Assembly: GCA_012026655.1 (NCBI GenBank)
Contig: JAAILG010000048.1
Span: 1-64,000 of the forward strand
Length of the DNA stretch: 64,000 bases
Direction: 5' to 3'
From: Hydrolagus affinis
Lineage: Eukaryota
Shown here: positions 63,800-64,000 of the stretch, in pieces
Numbering within the stretch: position 1 is the first letter of the stretch
Layout: the number at the start of each line of letters is the position of its first letter
Position numbers and translations under genes: made by a program
Notes under the pieces: model-generated
What the model saw: only the letters and a program-made list of their open reading frames with translations
What the model was told of the DNA's origin: nothing
The model's database searches: none

Positions 63800-64000
63800 C
63801 CAAACTAGTCGAGCACTTTGGCATCTTGTTTGACTCTCAACTGTCCTTTCTCCCCCACACCCGTGCCATGACCCGTTGTGCAATCCCCCACCGCCACAAC
63901 ATTGCCCGACTCTGGCACTGCCTCAACCCTCAGGTGGGTGAAACCCTCACATATGCCTTAATTATATGCAGGCTTGACTATGCCAACTATGCTTATCAGC
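63800..64000 (+). mobile_element. Decayed L2 ORF2 fragment running off the window
   Basis: GGCATCTTGTTTGACTCTCAACTGTCCTTT (GILFDSQLSF), CACAACATTGCCCGACTC (HNIARL), AGGCTTGACTATGCCAAC (RLDYAN). Confidence 0.85.

Overview
AT-rich vertebrate non-coding DNA (gene desert or large intron). I recognise no host protein-coding exon, RNA gene or CRISPR array; almost all listed ORFs are transposon debris or chance. The repeat content points, by inference, to a cartilaginous fish, probably a holocephalan. It comprises 5'-truncated L2 LINEs with (TTG)n tails (at least two subfamilies), CR1 LINEs of several families (one 1.7 kb copy with a disrupted RT), a young tRNA-headed Deu/L2-tailed SINE, an older long Deu-domain SINE and AmnSINE2-like SINEs. 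Also present are a decayed L1 endonuclease remnant and one hAT-like terminus. Most notable: (1) two copies of a TSD-flanked fold-back element, the longer carrying Penelope-type minimal hammerhead ribozyme cores on both strands (52550-52968, 54225-54330); (2) a 221-bp palindrome resembling the ancient conserved repeat MER135 (41781-42001); (3) an 85-bp hairpin with an apparent Tc1/mariner excision footprint, plus a window-wide excess of TACAGTA/TACTGTA; (4) a CTCF-like site inside an AmnSINE2-like copy; (5) repeat-free blocks with PBX-HOX/TCF motifs (candidate enhancers). Family names are recalled from memory, not searched, and boundaries of old repeats are approximate.
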